Shown in pieces: positions 20,763 to 30,545 of a stretch of 64,000 nt of DNA. A program made the position numbers and the translations under genes. Each line of letters opens with the position of its first letter. The first letter of the stretch is position 1. Under the pieces are notes generated by a model. It did not search any database. It had not been told where the DNA came from and saw only the letters and a program-made list of their open reading frames with translations. The DNA comes from an uncultured Cyclobacteriaceae bacterium (GTDB lineage: Bacteria; Bacteroidota; Bacteroidia; Cytophagales; Cyclobacteriaceae): contig CALSQY010000004.1 of assembly GCA_943788615.1 (NCBI GenBank), forward strand, positions 561,790 to 625,789, written 5' to 3'.

Positions 20763-21713
20763 ATGAATCCTAAAACAGCAAGTTTAATTGAGTCACTTCA
20801 AAAGAAATACGGCGATACTGGAGAGGATCTCAATATCCATTTAGAAGGGTTGCTGCATGCAAAGCCGATCACCTATTGGGATTACATACAACTTGAATCC
20901 CTGCTAGGTACCCAAAATCCAAGAACCAAGCATCCCGATGAAATGGTGTTCATTGTATACCACCAAACTACCGAGCTCATCTTTAAAATGATTTTATGGG
21001 AGATCGACCAAATAGCGGTAGAAAAAGATTTAAAAGCAGTCTTTTTTACTGAAAAGCTGACCCGGATCAGTAGATACTTCGATTTACTTTCAAATTCATT
21101 TGAAATCATGAATGAAGGTATGCACGTAGACCAATTCATGAAATTTCGTACGACCTTGACGCCCTCTTCTGGCTTTCAAAGTGCCCAATATAGGTTGATT
21201 GAATTTGCCTCAACCGAGCTGATCAATTTAATTGATATTCGTTTTAGAGCGACTATTGACCGAAATACCCCTTTTGAATACGCCTATGACCATCTTTACT
21301 GGCAAGCTGCTGGAAAAAATCATGATACCGGTGTCAAGTCAACGATGCTCATTGAATTTCAAAAAAAGTATATGGATGATTTCATCACCTTCATGAAATA
21401 TTATCACAAAACCAATCTCTGGACTCGATTTAAAGGACTTCCCAAAGAAATTCAAAATGAGGTTGAATTGCGAAATGCCATGCGCCATTATGACCATACC
21501 GTCAATGTCAAATGGGTCATGTTTCACTATAAAACAGCTGCCAAATACCTAAAAAGCACCACAAACGTAAAGGCTACTGGTGGTAGTAATTGGCAAAAAT
21601 ATATGCACCCAAAATACCAAAAACGCATCTTCTTTCCTGATTTATGGACCCCTGAAGAACAAAACCAATGGGGCATAGATAATTTAAAAGGCTATAAAGT
21701 TTTAACAAAATAA
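20763..21713 (+). CDS. Tryptophan 2,3-dioxygenase-family haem protein
   Basis: YWDYIQLESLLGTQ ... DEMVFIVYHQTTELIFKMILWE ... SGFQSAQYRLIE are conserved TDO blocks. It starts 5 nt after the oxygenase stop. Confidence 0.75.
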   Translation: MNPKTASLIESLQKKYGDTGEDLNIHLEGLLHAKPITYWDYIQLESLLGTQNPRTKHPDEMVFIVYHQTTELIFKMILWEIDQIAVEKDLKAVFFTEKLTRISRYFDLLSNSFEIMNEGMHVDQFMKFRTTLTPSSGFQSAQYRLIEFASTELINLIDIRFRATIDRNTPFEYAYDHLYWQAAGKNHDTGVKSTMLIEFQKKYMDDFITFMKYYHKTNLWTRFKGLPKEIQNEVELRNAMRHYDHTVNVKWVMFHYKTAAKYLKSTTNVKATGGSNWQKYMHPKYQKRIFFPDLWTPEEQNQWGIDNLKGYKVLTK

Positions 21714-24542
21714 ATGATTCCATTGAGCAAATTTAAATTACAACTGTCCGTCAATAAAATACGGCTAAAGCTCCTTTTTTTGCTGCCATTCATGCTCTTA
21801 GAGTTAGGCAAGATAAGCGCGCAAATAATACCAACGTCCCCACACGAACAAGCATGGGTGGATAGCCTTATGACTACTCTCAGTATTCGAAAACAAATCG
21901 CCCAATCTTTTATGGCTGCCGCGTACACTCACAATGACGAACCGAATGCTGATCTTATAGGTTTAATCCAAGATATGGGAATCGGTGGTATTATTTTCAT
22001 GCAAGGAAATCCGATCGATCAAGTCAAGGTCAATACTACCTATCAAAAAGAATCTAAAATACCCCTCTTTATGGCAACTGATGCCGAATGGGGACTCAGT
22101 ATGAGATTATCCCAGACATCGGATTTTCCTTTTCAAATGGCTCTTGGGGCCCTAGCGGATGATGATCTTATTTATGATATGGGATTTGAAATCGGACTTC
22201 AAATGCGCCGATTAGGTCTGCACATTAATTTTGCTCCAGTCATTGACATCAATAATAATCCCCTTAACCCAGTCATTAATTATCGTTCTTTTGGAGAAAG
22301 CCGCACACGTGTGACCCAAAAATCAATCACTTACATGAAGGGCCTACAAGCGGCCGGTATCATGGCTGTCGCGAAACATTTCCCGGGTCATGGTGATACA
22401 CAAACAGATTCACATTATGGTTTGCCGATCATTGAGCACGACAGAGCCCGATTGGACAGCATCGAACTCTACCCTTTTCGGAAACTTATCCAAGAAGATA
22501 TTGACGGCATCATGATGGCACACATCAATGTCCCCGCTTTAGATGCTACACCTAAACGGGCCGCCACGTTATCTAAAAAAATAGTCACTGACCTATTGAA
22601 AACGGAAATGGGGTTTAAAGGATTGGTCTTTACCGATGCCATGAATATGAAGGGGGTTACCTCGGGACATGATTTGGGTGAACCGGAATTAATGGCTTAT
22701 TTGGCCGGAAATGATATCATTGAATTTTCTTTAAATATCGGCGCATCCATTGCGCAAATTGAAGACGCCCTTAAGGCAGGAAGCCTTACTACCGATCAAA
22801 TTGAGATAAAGTGTAGACGTATTTTACATCAAAAGTACAAACTTGGGCTTCACAAAAAGTCCTTTCACAAATCAGAAAATCTCATTCTAGATATCAACAA
22901 CCAAACAGCAAGAGACTTAAATAATACTTTGGCCAAGGCTTCCTTAACGGTATTAAAAAGACAATTCTTGGGATTGCCACTGGAGGGTAAAATAGCCACT
23001 TTGTCTATCAATACAGATACAATAGCACCGTTCCAAAAAGAGGCGATCCGATTAGGCTTTAAAAACCACTTTTACCTCCCCAAGAAAGCAACCCAAGAGC
23101 AAATCAATGAAATAGAAAGAAAACTAGAAGATTTCGAGCGCATATACCTCGGTGTCATCCAGTCAGGTCCTCGTCCCTATGGTCAGATGAAAATATCAAA
23201 TCAAAATTTGGCCTTTGTCAACGAACTAGCACAAGATCCCCGTGTGATGATCGGCTGGTTTGGGAATCCGTATACCTTGAATCAATTTAACACCCTTCAC
23301 CAAGCATCAGATTTGGTCATAGGCTACCAAAACAATCCAGCTACTCAAGCTGCTATGACCCAGCTTTTTTTAGGAAATGGTGTGGCCTCAGGTACCTTGC
23401 CTGTAACGGTGAACTCGTATTTTAAATTGGGTGACGGCATGGTTCTTAATAAAAAGCCAGAAGTAGGTGCCGCACAATTCGATGCCTACCTACCCCTTTT
23501 GCAGAACAAAAAGGTAGGGCTCGTAGTCAATCAAACTTCTACCATTGGATCCCGACATTTAGTAGATACTTTATTGAGTTTAGGTATTCAAATAACGAAA
23601 ATTTTTGCTCCTGAACATGGATTTAGGGGCGATGCGCACGATGGTGCTACCATCTATGACAACATAGATCAGTCAACAGGATTGCCTATCATTTCGATTT
23701 ATGGCAAACAAAAAAAACCAAGTCCTGAGCAATTGAAAGATCTTGACATCCTTATTTTTGATATTCAAGACGTCGGCGCCCGCTTCTACACGTTTATAAG
23801 CACCTTGCATTATGTCATGGAGGCGGCAGCAGAAAACAATAAAGAAGTGATCGTTCTCGACCGACCTAATCCCAATGGAGACTATGTAGATGGTCCCGTA
23901 TTAAAACCTGCATTTAAATCCTTCGTAGGCATGCACCCTCTACCGATTGTGCATGGCCTCACGATCGGTGAACTAGCCAAAATGATCAATGGTGAAGGAT
24001 GGCTGGCAACGGGCCAAAAATGTGATCTTGAAGTTATCAAAATAAAAAATTATTCACATGCAATCCCTTGGGCTTTAAAAATCCCACCTTCACCCAATCT
24101 CCCCAACGATCGAGCCGTAAGGTGGTATCCGTCACTCTGCCTTTTTGAAGCTACGGTTGTGAGTATAGGAAGAGGTACTTATGCTCCTTTTCAGCAATTG
24201 GGTGCTCCACAAATAAATAGTGATTTTAGTTTCACTCCCAAATCTATCAAAGGAATGTCGGTATATCCCAAATATCTCGACATGGTTTGCTATGGGGAAG
24301 ACCTCACCGCTACTGAACCCATACCCAAGTTCAATCTTTCTCTGCTAATTAAGTACTATCATTTAATCGATATAGGACCTGATTTTTTCAATAGGAAAAA
24401 AACATTTAATCAGCTCGCAGGTAACGATGAATTGATGCAGCAAATCATTTCAGGTTTGAGCAAAGAAGAAATCCAAGTAAGTTGGGCCGAAGATTTAGCT
24501 GAGTACAGATATTTGCGAAAAAAATATTTGCTTTATGATTGA
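21714..24542 (+). CDS. Fusion protein: GH3 NagZ-like beta-N-acetylhexosaminidase (N-terminus) plus DUF1343/NamZ-like exo-N-acetylmuramidase (C-terminus)
   Basis: N-terminal part: KHFPGHGDTQTDSHYGLP and FTDAMNMKG (GH3). C-terminal part: VGLVVNQTS..APEHGFRGD..DIQDVGARFYTFISTL..VLDRPNP (DUF1343). The ATG abuts the TDO stop (TAAATG). Confidence 0.75.
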   Translation: MIPLSKFKLQLSVNKIRLKLLFLLPFMLLELGKISAQIIPTSPHEQAWVDSLMTTLSIRKQIAQSFMAAAYTHNDEPNADLIGLIQDMGIGGIIFMQGNPIDQVKVNTTYQKESKIPLFMATDAEWGLSMRLSQTSDFPFQMALGALADDDLIYDMGFEIGLQMRRLGLHINFAPVIDINNNPLNPVINYRSFGESRTRVTQKSITYMKGLQAAGIMAVAKHFPGHGDTQTDSHYGLPIIEHDRARLDSIELYPFRKLIQEDIDGIMMAHINVPALDATPKRAATLSKKIVTDLLKTEMGFKGLVFTDAMNMKGVTSGHDLGEPELMAYLAGNDIIEFSLNIGASIAQIEDALKAGSLTTDQIEIKCRRILHQKYKLGLHKKSFHKSENLILDINNQTARDLNNTLAKASLTVLKRQFLGLPLEGKIATLSINTDTIAPFQKEAIRLGFKNHFYLPKKATQEQINEIERKLEDFERIYLGVIQSGPRPYGQMKISNQNLAFVNELAQDPRVMIGWFGNPYTLNQFNTLHQASDLVIGYQNNPATQAAMTQLFLGNGVASGTLPVTVNSYFKLGDGMVLNKKPEVGAAQFDAYLPLLQNKKVGLVVNQTSTIGSRHLVDTLLSLGIQITKIFAPEHGFRGDAHDGATIYDNIDQSTGLPIISIYGKQKKPSPEQLKDLDILIFDIQDVGARFYTFISTLHYVMEAAAENNKEVIVLDRPNPNGDYVDGPVLKPAFKSFVGMHPLPIVHGLTIGELAKMINGEGWLATGQKCDLEVIKIKNYSHAIPWALKIPPSPNLPNDRAVRWYPSLCLFEATVVSIGRGTYAPFQQLGAPQINSDFSFTPKSIKGMSVYPKYLDMVCYGEDLTATEPIPKFNLSLLIKYYHLIDIGPDFFNRKKTFNQLAGNDELMQQIISGLSKEEIQVSWAEDLAEYRYLRKKYLLYD

Positions 24543-24574
24543 TTCAAATCGTAAACTTGAGTGCTCTTTTTAAA

Positions 24575-25204
24575 TCAATCTATCCGCTTCCTCAAGTCTT
24601 CCATAAATTCAACACCAGGATCAACCTTTTCGGTACGGTAGCCGGCATCTTTTTCAAGCCATAAGGGATGGTCCACAAAATCTTGATATTCATAATGGCC
24701 AATAACGAATTCAATGGGGTACTTTTTCTGAAGATAAGTAACCAACATCACATTGGCTTCTAACTGAGCTGGAGTGAGTTTTCCATCTGCTCCAGGTCCC
24801 ACGTTTTCAATCCCTATCGCACAATGATTCAATCCAATCACATGACGTGCCATAGTGGTTTCAGACATTAATCTATAAATAGTCCCGTCGGTATCTACCA
24901 AGAATTGGGAGGATACATTCAATGAACCCGCAGATTGAATATCCGCTCGAGCATTGGGTAAAGTACTAGGGTTGAACGTATTGAAGGTTGCTTCCATAGT
25001 GGGGATAGCAGTCCAGTGGACCACTACCATACGTGGTAAAATTGTAGGTTTTATTTGTGTTAATCCATAATGTGATGCCAAGTATTCAAGGGTCAACTCA
25101 ATGCGTTGCTCATCAAAAGATATCGGCCGATCTATAATTTTAGGTAGGGATGGATCCTGGTAAAAAAGGGATTGCATCAGCAAAAAAGATAAAATTATCA
25201 GCAT
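24575..25204 (-). CDS. N-acetylmuramoyl-L-alanine amidase (Amidase_2 / AmpD-PGRP fold)
   Basis: MVVVHWTAIPT ... NHCAIGIENVG ... VIGHYE zinc-amidase pattern. Confidence 0.75.
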   Translation of the reverse strand: MLIILSFLLMQSLFYQDPSLPKIIDRPISFDEQRIELTLEYLASHYGLTQIKPTILPRMVVVHWTAIPTMEATFNTFNPSTLPNARADIQSAGSLNVSSQFLVDTDGTIYRLMSETTMARHVIGLNHCAIGIENVGPGADGKLTPAQLEANVMLVTYLQKKYPIEFVIGHYEYQDFVDHPLWLEKDAGYRTEKVDPGVEFMEDLRKRID

Positions 25205-25228
25205 TGGGTCAAAAGTCTAGAATGTCTA

Positions 25229-27760
25229 TTGATTAAATTTACCAAAAAAATTCATTCAGACCGCTTTTTTTCCTTGAAATTCAATCCTTACTCCACCGAC
25301 CTTCCCGTTGCCGACATTTTTGATGAAGTAAAGCACCAACTTCATGCCCGCACCACCGTAATCGTAAATGCCCCAGCAGGAGCAGGAAAAAGCACCTTAC
25401 TCCCTTTGGCCCTAATGAATGAAGCATGGTTAGCTGGAAAAAAGATTCTTATGCTGGAGCCCAGAAGACTGGCTGCACGCTCCATTGCCGAGAGAATGTC
25501 TGGTCTATTAGACGAACCCATTGGCCGTACGATCGGCTATAGAATTCGTTTTGACACCAAGGTAGGTCAACAAACTAAAATCGAGGTACTTACAGAAGGT
25601 ATTTTGACGAGAATGCTCCACTCAGACAACGAATTGCGTGATGTGGGGTTGATTGTTTTTGATGAATTCCATGAGCGAAGCATCCATGCAGACGTTGCCT
25701 TGGCACTTTGTCGAGAAGCGCAGCAAGTCTTGCGGCCAGACTTACGAATCATGATCATGTCGGCGACCTTGGACATGCCCTTATTGGCTGACTTATTGAA
25801 AGCTCCTGTGGTGATCAGTAAGGGTAGACCCTTTGAGGTAGAGCGATTTTATACAGGAGATATAGATGAGCGCATGATGCCAGAAATGGCTGCACATACC
25901 ATATCCAAAGCCGTAAAAGCACATCCAGGTGATGTATTGGCTTTTTTTCCTGGCCAAAGAGAAATCCGGAAATGTGAAGAAATATTGAAATCAAAACTGA
26001 GCGATTTTGAAATTCATCCTCTTTATGGTCAGCTTCCCATTAACGCACAACGAGCCGCCTTATTTCCAGATAAAAATGGACGCCGAAAAATAGTACTGGC
26101 TACCTCCATTGCTGAAACCAGTCTCACTATAGAAGGCATCAAAATTGTCGTTGATACTGGATTTGGTAGAACTTCGCGATTCGATACAAAATCGGGTCTT
26201 TCTCGTTTGGAAACTATCGTCATCTCTAAAGATGCAGCTGATCAACGCTCCGGTCGAGCCGGAAGGTTGACTCCGGGTGTTTGCTATAGGATGTGGAGTC
26301 TTGCCACGCAGAATCGAATGAAAGCCCATCGAATCCCAGAAATAGAAGCCTCAGATTTAGCCCCATTGGTTTTGGATTTAGCCGCATGGGGCATCACTGA
26401 TGCACATCAACTCACCTGGCTAACGCCGCCACCCAAAGGAAGCCTTGCCCAAGCCAGTGAACTCTTACATCAGTTAGAGGCGCTGGAGAAGGGTCGCATT
26501 ACCCCACTGGGAAAGCGCATTCATCAACTGCCCTGTCATCCTCGTATTGCCCATATGCTGTTATTTGCCCAAGCCAACAATACCTTAGCCTTGGCGGCAG
26601 ATATTGCGGCACTTTTAGAAGAAAGAGATCCCTTAACCCGAGAAGTTGGCATAGATCTCAATCTACGGATTGAGGAGCTTAGAAGGTTTCGATCTCTTAA
26701 TAATAATGGTCATCGATTTGGACGCATTGACCAAATATCCAAGTCCTACTTACGACTTTTTGATAAGGATCAAAGTGCTGAGCCCATAGATCCTTATGAT
26801 ACCGGTATCCTTATTGCCCAAGCCTACCCTGAGCGTATTGCCTGTGCCCGACCTGGCAACAACGCCCAATTTCAGCTCAGTAATGGTAGGTATGCTATGG
26901 CAGGACATAAAGATGATTTGGCGCATGAGCCTTGGCTGGCCGTAGCTCACATGGATGCTCGAGAGGGATTAGGTAAAATATTTCTTGCCGCACCTCTCAA
27001 CCCCAAAGATTTGGCTCCTCTGGTCAAAGAAAAAGAAATCATCACTTGGGATACTGAACACGGGGGATTAATTGCCACTCAGGAACTTCGAATTGGAAAC
27101 ATCATATTGAAGTCTACCCCATTGCCTGAGCCAGCGGAAACCGATCTCGTGGCTGCCATTAGCGATGCCATCAAAAAAGAAGGTAAACAACTGCTCAACT
27201 TTGATGACGACTTTATACAATGGCAAAATCGAATACTAAGTATTCGGAGATGGAGACCCGAACTACTTTGGCCAGACACCTCGACAAACACCCTTTTATT
27301 AACCAATAATGAATGGCTCGCCCCATTTCTCATCGGTATCAAAAAACCAGCAGATCTCAAAAAATTAAAGCTGCGTGATCTCCTATCCTATACCCTAAGC
27401 AAAACACAACAAGACCTGCTTCAGATACTTGCACCTCCCAGTATCCTTGTACCAAGTGGTGCAACGATCAAGTTGGCCTATCTTCCCTCCGGAGCACCTC
27501 CCATTCTAGCGGTAAGATTACAAGAACTTTTTGGATGGGAGAAAGGTCCAACCATCAATGAAGGATTGATAAAAGTAGTATTGCATTTATTATCTCCCGG
27601 TTTCAAACCCGTCCAAGTCACTACTGATCTCATGAGTTTTTGGGAACATACTTATTTTGAAGTTCGTAAAGAGCTCAAAAGGCGCTACCCGAAACACAGT
27701 TGGCCCGATGACCCTATGTCCGAAACAGCGATAAGAGGTACCCTACCTAGAAAAAAATAA
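25229..27760 (+). CDS. hrpB: ATP-dependent RNA helicase HrpB (DEAH box)
   Basis: APAGAGKST, DEFHERS, SATL, TSIAETSLTIEGI and QRSGRAGR motifs, plus the HrpB C-terminal domain. TTG start. Confidence 0.9.
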   Translation: MIKFTKKIHSDRFFSLKFNPYSTDLPVADIFDEVKHQLHARTTVIVNAPAGAGKSTLLPLALMNEAWLAGKKILMLEPRRLAARSIAERMSGLLDEPIGRTIGYRIRFDTKVGQQTKIEVLTEGILTRMLHSDNELRDVGLIVFDEFHERSIHADVALALCREAQQVLRPDLRIMIMSATLDMPLLADLLKAPVVISKGRPFEVERFYTGDIDERMMPEMAAHTISKAVKAHPGDVLAFFPGQREIRKCEEILKSKLSDFEIHPLYGQLPINAQRAALFPDKNGRRKIVLATSIAETSLTIEGIKIVVDTGFGRTSRFDTKSGLSRLETIVISKDAADQRSGRAGRLTPGVCYRMWSLATQNRMKAHRIPEIEASDLAPLVLDLAAWGITDAHQLTWLTPPPKGSLAQASELLHQLEALEKGRITPLGKRIHQLPCHPRIAHMLLFAQANNTLALAADIAALLEERDPLTREVGIDLNLRIEELRRFRSLNNNGHRFGRIDQISKSYLRLFDKDQSAEPIDPYDTGILIAQAYPERIACARPGNNAQFQLSNGRYAMAGHKDDLAHEPWLAVAHMDAREGLGKIFLAAPLNPKDLAPLVKEKEIITWDTEHGGLIATQELRIGNIILKSTPLPEPAETDLVAAISDAIKKEGKQLLNFDDDFIQWQNRILSIRRWRPELLWPDTSTNTLLLTNNEWLAPFLIGIKKPADLKKLKLRDLLSYTLSKTQQDLLQILAPPSILVPSGATIKLAYLPSGAPPILAVRLQELFGWEKGPTINEGLIKVVLHLLSPGFKPVQVTTDLMSFWEHTYFEVRKELKRRYPKHSWPDDPMSETAIRGTLPRKK

Positions 27761-28129
27761 TTATTTCTTGTCCTTGGACTTCTTCATCTCTACATGGAGG
27801 GCCTTGGCCAGCCTAGGAAACAATTCGAACACCCGTCTCAAGGCGTGTATGTTTCTTGTTTTTAATTGGAAGGGATCGCCGTCTTCATCTTGCCAAGAAA
27901 TCGTAATGATGGCATTGCGCACCTCTATGGGATGGTGATGAGTGATTTGCTTCACCAACTCATACGAACTTAACAAGGCCTCCTCATAGCTACTCGCCTC
28001 CTGTGGAATTCCGTTACTTAATTGGAGGTATTTTATCTTGTTTTGATAAAAAACACGTAAATAATGATACTGATCATCTAGGCTTCTACCGCGCAACTTA
28101 ATCTTATAATAACCAGATTCAATTTTCAT
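27761..28129 (-). CDS. Hypothetical protein (122 aa)
   Basis: Intact ORF whose stop abuts the hrpB stop. No motif recognised. Confidence 0.4.
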   Translation of the reverse strand: MKIESGYYKIKLRGRSLDDQYHYLRVFYQNKIKYLQLSNGIPQEASSYEEALLSSYELVKQITHHHPIEVRNAIITISWQDEDGDPFQLKTRNIHALRRVFELFPRLAKALHVEMKKSKDKK

Positions 28130-28256
28130 TATGCTAATTTAAATAGTAAATACTAATTTAATTAGCTTTTATCTTTGTATTTTAAAATTTAATGATCATT
28201 ACCTGAATTCAGTTATCTAATCTCACTGATCCTTATCTCATCAAGACCCAAATACC

Positions 28257-30458
28257 TCAATGCACCTGAAGCAATTTTGAACGATACTCGCCCTTTTCAT
28301 CTACCAGCGATACTACATATGAACCCCTTGATAATGAGACCCTCTTGAAAATATAAATAGCCGCCTTCTGATGCTCAATAGGCCGATTTATAATGACTGA
28401 TCCCCTGAGATCCGTAATTTGAAGTTGGACCACGGGCCTATCTGAAATCACTTTAAATACGTTCCCTTCGCTTACCGGATTGGGATAAATCTTAAAATTC
28501 TCGCCCTTTGACAGATTCAGAAGCTCTTCGGAGTTAAACAAAGAAGTCGACAATGCGTAAGCCGCTTCACCTACTTGAGCACCGATCAAACGCCCAGGTA
28601 GATCATCCATTGGGGGGTGAATACCTCCATAAATTCTAGACAAACCACATTGATCTGCAGCATCTATATATTTCGCCCATTGTAAGGTTATGTCTTGACT
28701 GGGGCCCCTTTCAAACTTTAAAAATTCATCTTTTTTTGCTAAGTAAGCACCCATTCCTCCTGGAAAATAAGGATCCCCCGTAAGTAAGGTTAATACAGTA
28801 GCTGCCGCCCTAGAATAAGTCGAATGCCCTGAAATATAACCGGCAAAGGGTGGAGTGACAAATGACAGTCGCTGATAAGGCCACCAATTTTTTGCCAATA
28901 CCCAACCCACGCCTGCTACATCTTGGGTCACCTCCTGAATTTCATCATGGCCTCTCCAACTATATAATTTAATGGCCCCGATGTTTTCACCATTCAGTCC
29001 AACCAATGCATCTCCAGCTTCTACTTGTGCGATCAAGCCTTCAACCAAAGGCACACCATCGACATGATAATTGATTCCTTCAGGTAAAGATGATTGTCCT
29101 AAACTAGCCATATATCTTAAAGCTGAAATAGGTCGAATAAAATCATAATAACCCTTGATAGACCAAGCAGCAATGGCTGCATCATGCATGGCACCTCCCA
29201 ATATAAAATAAGCTTTTGCATCCCACTCCAAAGCCGTCAATGGCGCACCTTCTCCCTCAAATTTTCTATCAAATAAAGGATGATCCATCACGTCATTCAT
29301 TATTTTAAACCAATGACCTGGTGGTGTTTCTGACTCAGGACCATCTGCCCAAAACTCGGATAAAACACGAGTATAATCACCTCTAGGTACTATTTGCACA
29401 TCATACGGCTGATCAGTTATAGGGTTTAATACATAGCCCTCACTCCCATCTCCACCATTAAAAAAATCATAGAATGCTTTAACTTCTTCTCTGTTTTTAG
29501 GAAAATCAGCTAGGTCTAAATTACCCAATGTATTGGGAGAAATATCTATCAAAATTGAATCCGCTATATCCAAGTGCGAAGACCAGGAGGCTACCAAACT
29601 AAAATTCCATTTATAATCAACTGAACCTTGCACATCCCCAGGCACCAACAATGACGGTGCTCCAGGATCATGATAAATAGAATATTCAAATCCATCTCTT
29701 TCTGCTATAGAAGGATTTTTTAAGGCAAAAGGGATCACACTTCCCCATTCTGCACCCAGAAAACTGGGTGACCCTACGATCAAATTGCCCGATTGATCTA
29801 TGAACTGATCAAAACCAAGAGGCTGCCACCTATTAGGATCATTCAAGGAAATGCTACTATCCCGTTGACTCAAGATCAAAGGATCATTGACTGGGCTATA
29901 GAATAAGTTTTGATAATCTTGATTCTCATTAGAACCATCCTGAAGCCCATATAATATGATTTGTTCGGCCAGATAATTTCCTAAAGCCGCAGGTCCCTCA
30001 TTCAAATAATCTTGACTTATCAAATAAATATCATGACCCAATTCCAACATTAAATCATCTGCAAGTTGCTTTACTTCAGTTGCTCCAGGGCTGTACCTAA
30101 ATCTGTGACTGATCAATCGGTAAGCCACGTAGCTCATTGCCGTCTCTTGGGCTACCTCAATGGCTTCAGACCATGTGTAACCTTCCTCGAAAGAAAAATA
30201 ATATTGACCTCGTGTTTTGTTTAAAAAATAGGGTTCTGCTTTTGGATCATGTACGGCCCATGCATCGTACATACCTGCAGAAACATGAAACAGATTCCTT
30301 GCATGTACAGTAGGCCGGGCATAGTCATTTCGAATGGATGCAAGCAATACCTCGTTCCAAGATCTTGCCACCGAAACGTCCTGCTGCGCCAGAACAATTG
30401 CGGGCAGCAATAACAGAAAAAAAATAGATTTGAATTTAGAGCACATTACAGCACTCAA
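28257..30458 (-). CDS. PAP2-superfamily / vanadium-haloperoxidase-like secreted protein with T9SS C-terminal sorting domain
   Basis: The complete tripartite PAP2 motif is present: KGYYDFIRP (Kx6RP), ISGHSTYS (SGH), SRIYGGIHPPMDD (SRx5Hx3D). Signal peptide present. The last ~85 aa (FKIYPNPVSEGNVFKV...SKLLQVH) look like a Por secretion tail. Confidence 0.7.
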   Translation of the reverse strand: MSAVMCSKFKSIFFLLLLPAIVLAQQDVSVARSWNEVLLASIRNDYARPTVHARNLFHVSAGMYDAWAVHDPKAEPYFLNKTRGQYYFSFEEGYTWSEAIEVAQETAMSYVAYRLISHRFRYSPGATEVKQLADDLMLELGHDIYLISQDYLNEGPAALGNYLAEQIILYGLQDGSNENQDYQNLFYSPVNDPLILSQRDSSISLNDPNRWQPLGFDQFIDQSGNLIVGSPSFLGAEWGSVIPFALKNPSIAERDGFEYSIYHDPGAPSLLVPGDVQGSVDYKWNFSLVASWSSHLDIADSILIDISPNTLGNLDLADFPKNREEVKAFYDFFNGGDGSEGYVLNPITDQPYDVQIVPRGDYTRVLSEFWADGPESETPPGHWFKIMNDVMDHPLFDRKFEGEGAPLTALEWDAKAYFILGGAMHDAAIAAWSIKGYYDFIRPISALRYMASLGQSSLPEGINYHVDGVPLVEGLIAQVEAGDALVGLNGENIGAIKLYSWRGHDEIQEVTQDVAGVGWVLAKNWWPYQRLSFVTPPFAGYISGHSTYSRAAATVLTLLTGDPYFPGGMGAYLAKKDEFLKFERGPSQDITLQWAKYIDAADQCGLSRIYGGIHPPMDDLPGRLIGAQVGEAAYALSTSLFNSEELLNLSKGENFKIYPNPVSEGNVFKVISDRPVVQLQITDLRGSVIINRPIEHQKAAIYIFKRVSLSRGSYVVSLVDEKGEYRSKLLQVH

Positions 30459-30545
30459 AATTACAAATTCCTACAAGGATTATAAAATTTAAGCCGGTTT
30501 AATCAACTCAAAAAATACTTAATGATAAACAAATGGGAGTATTGG

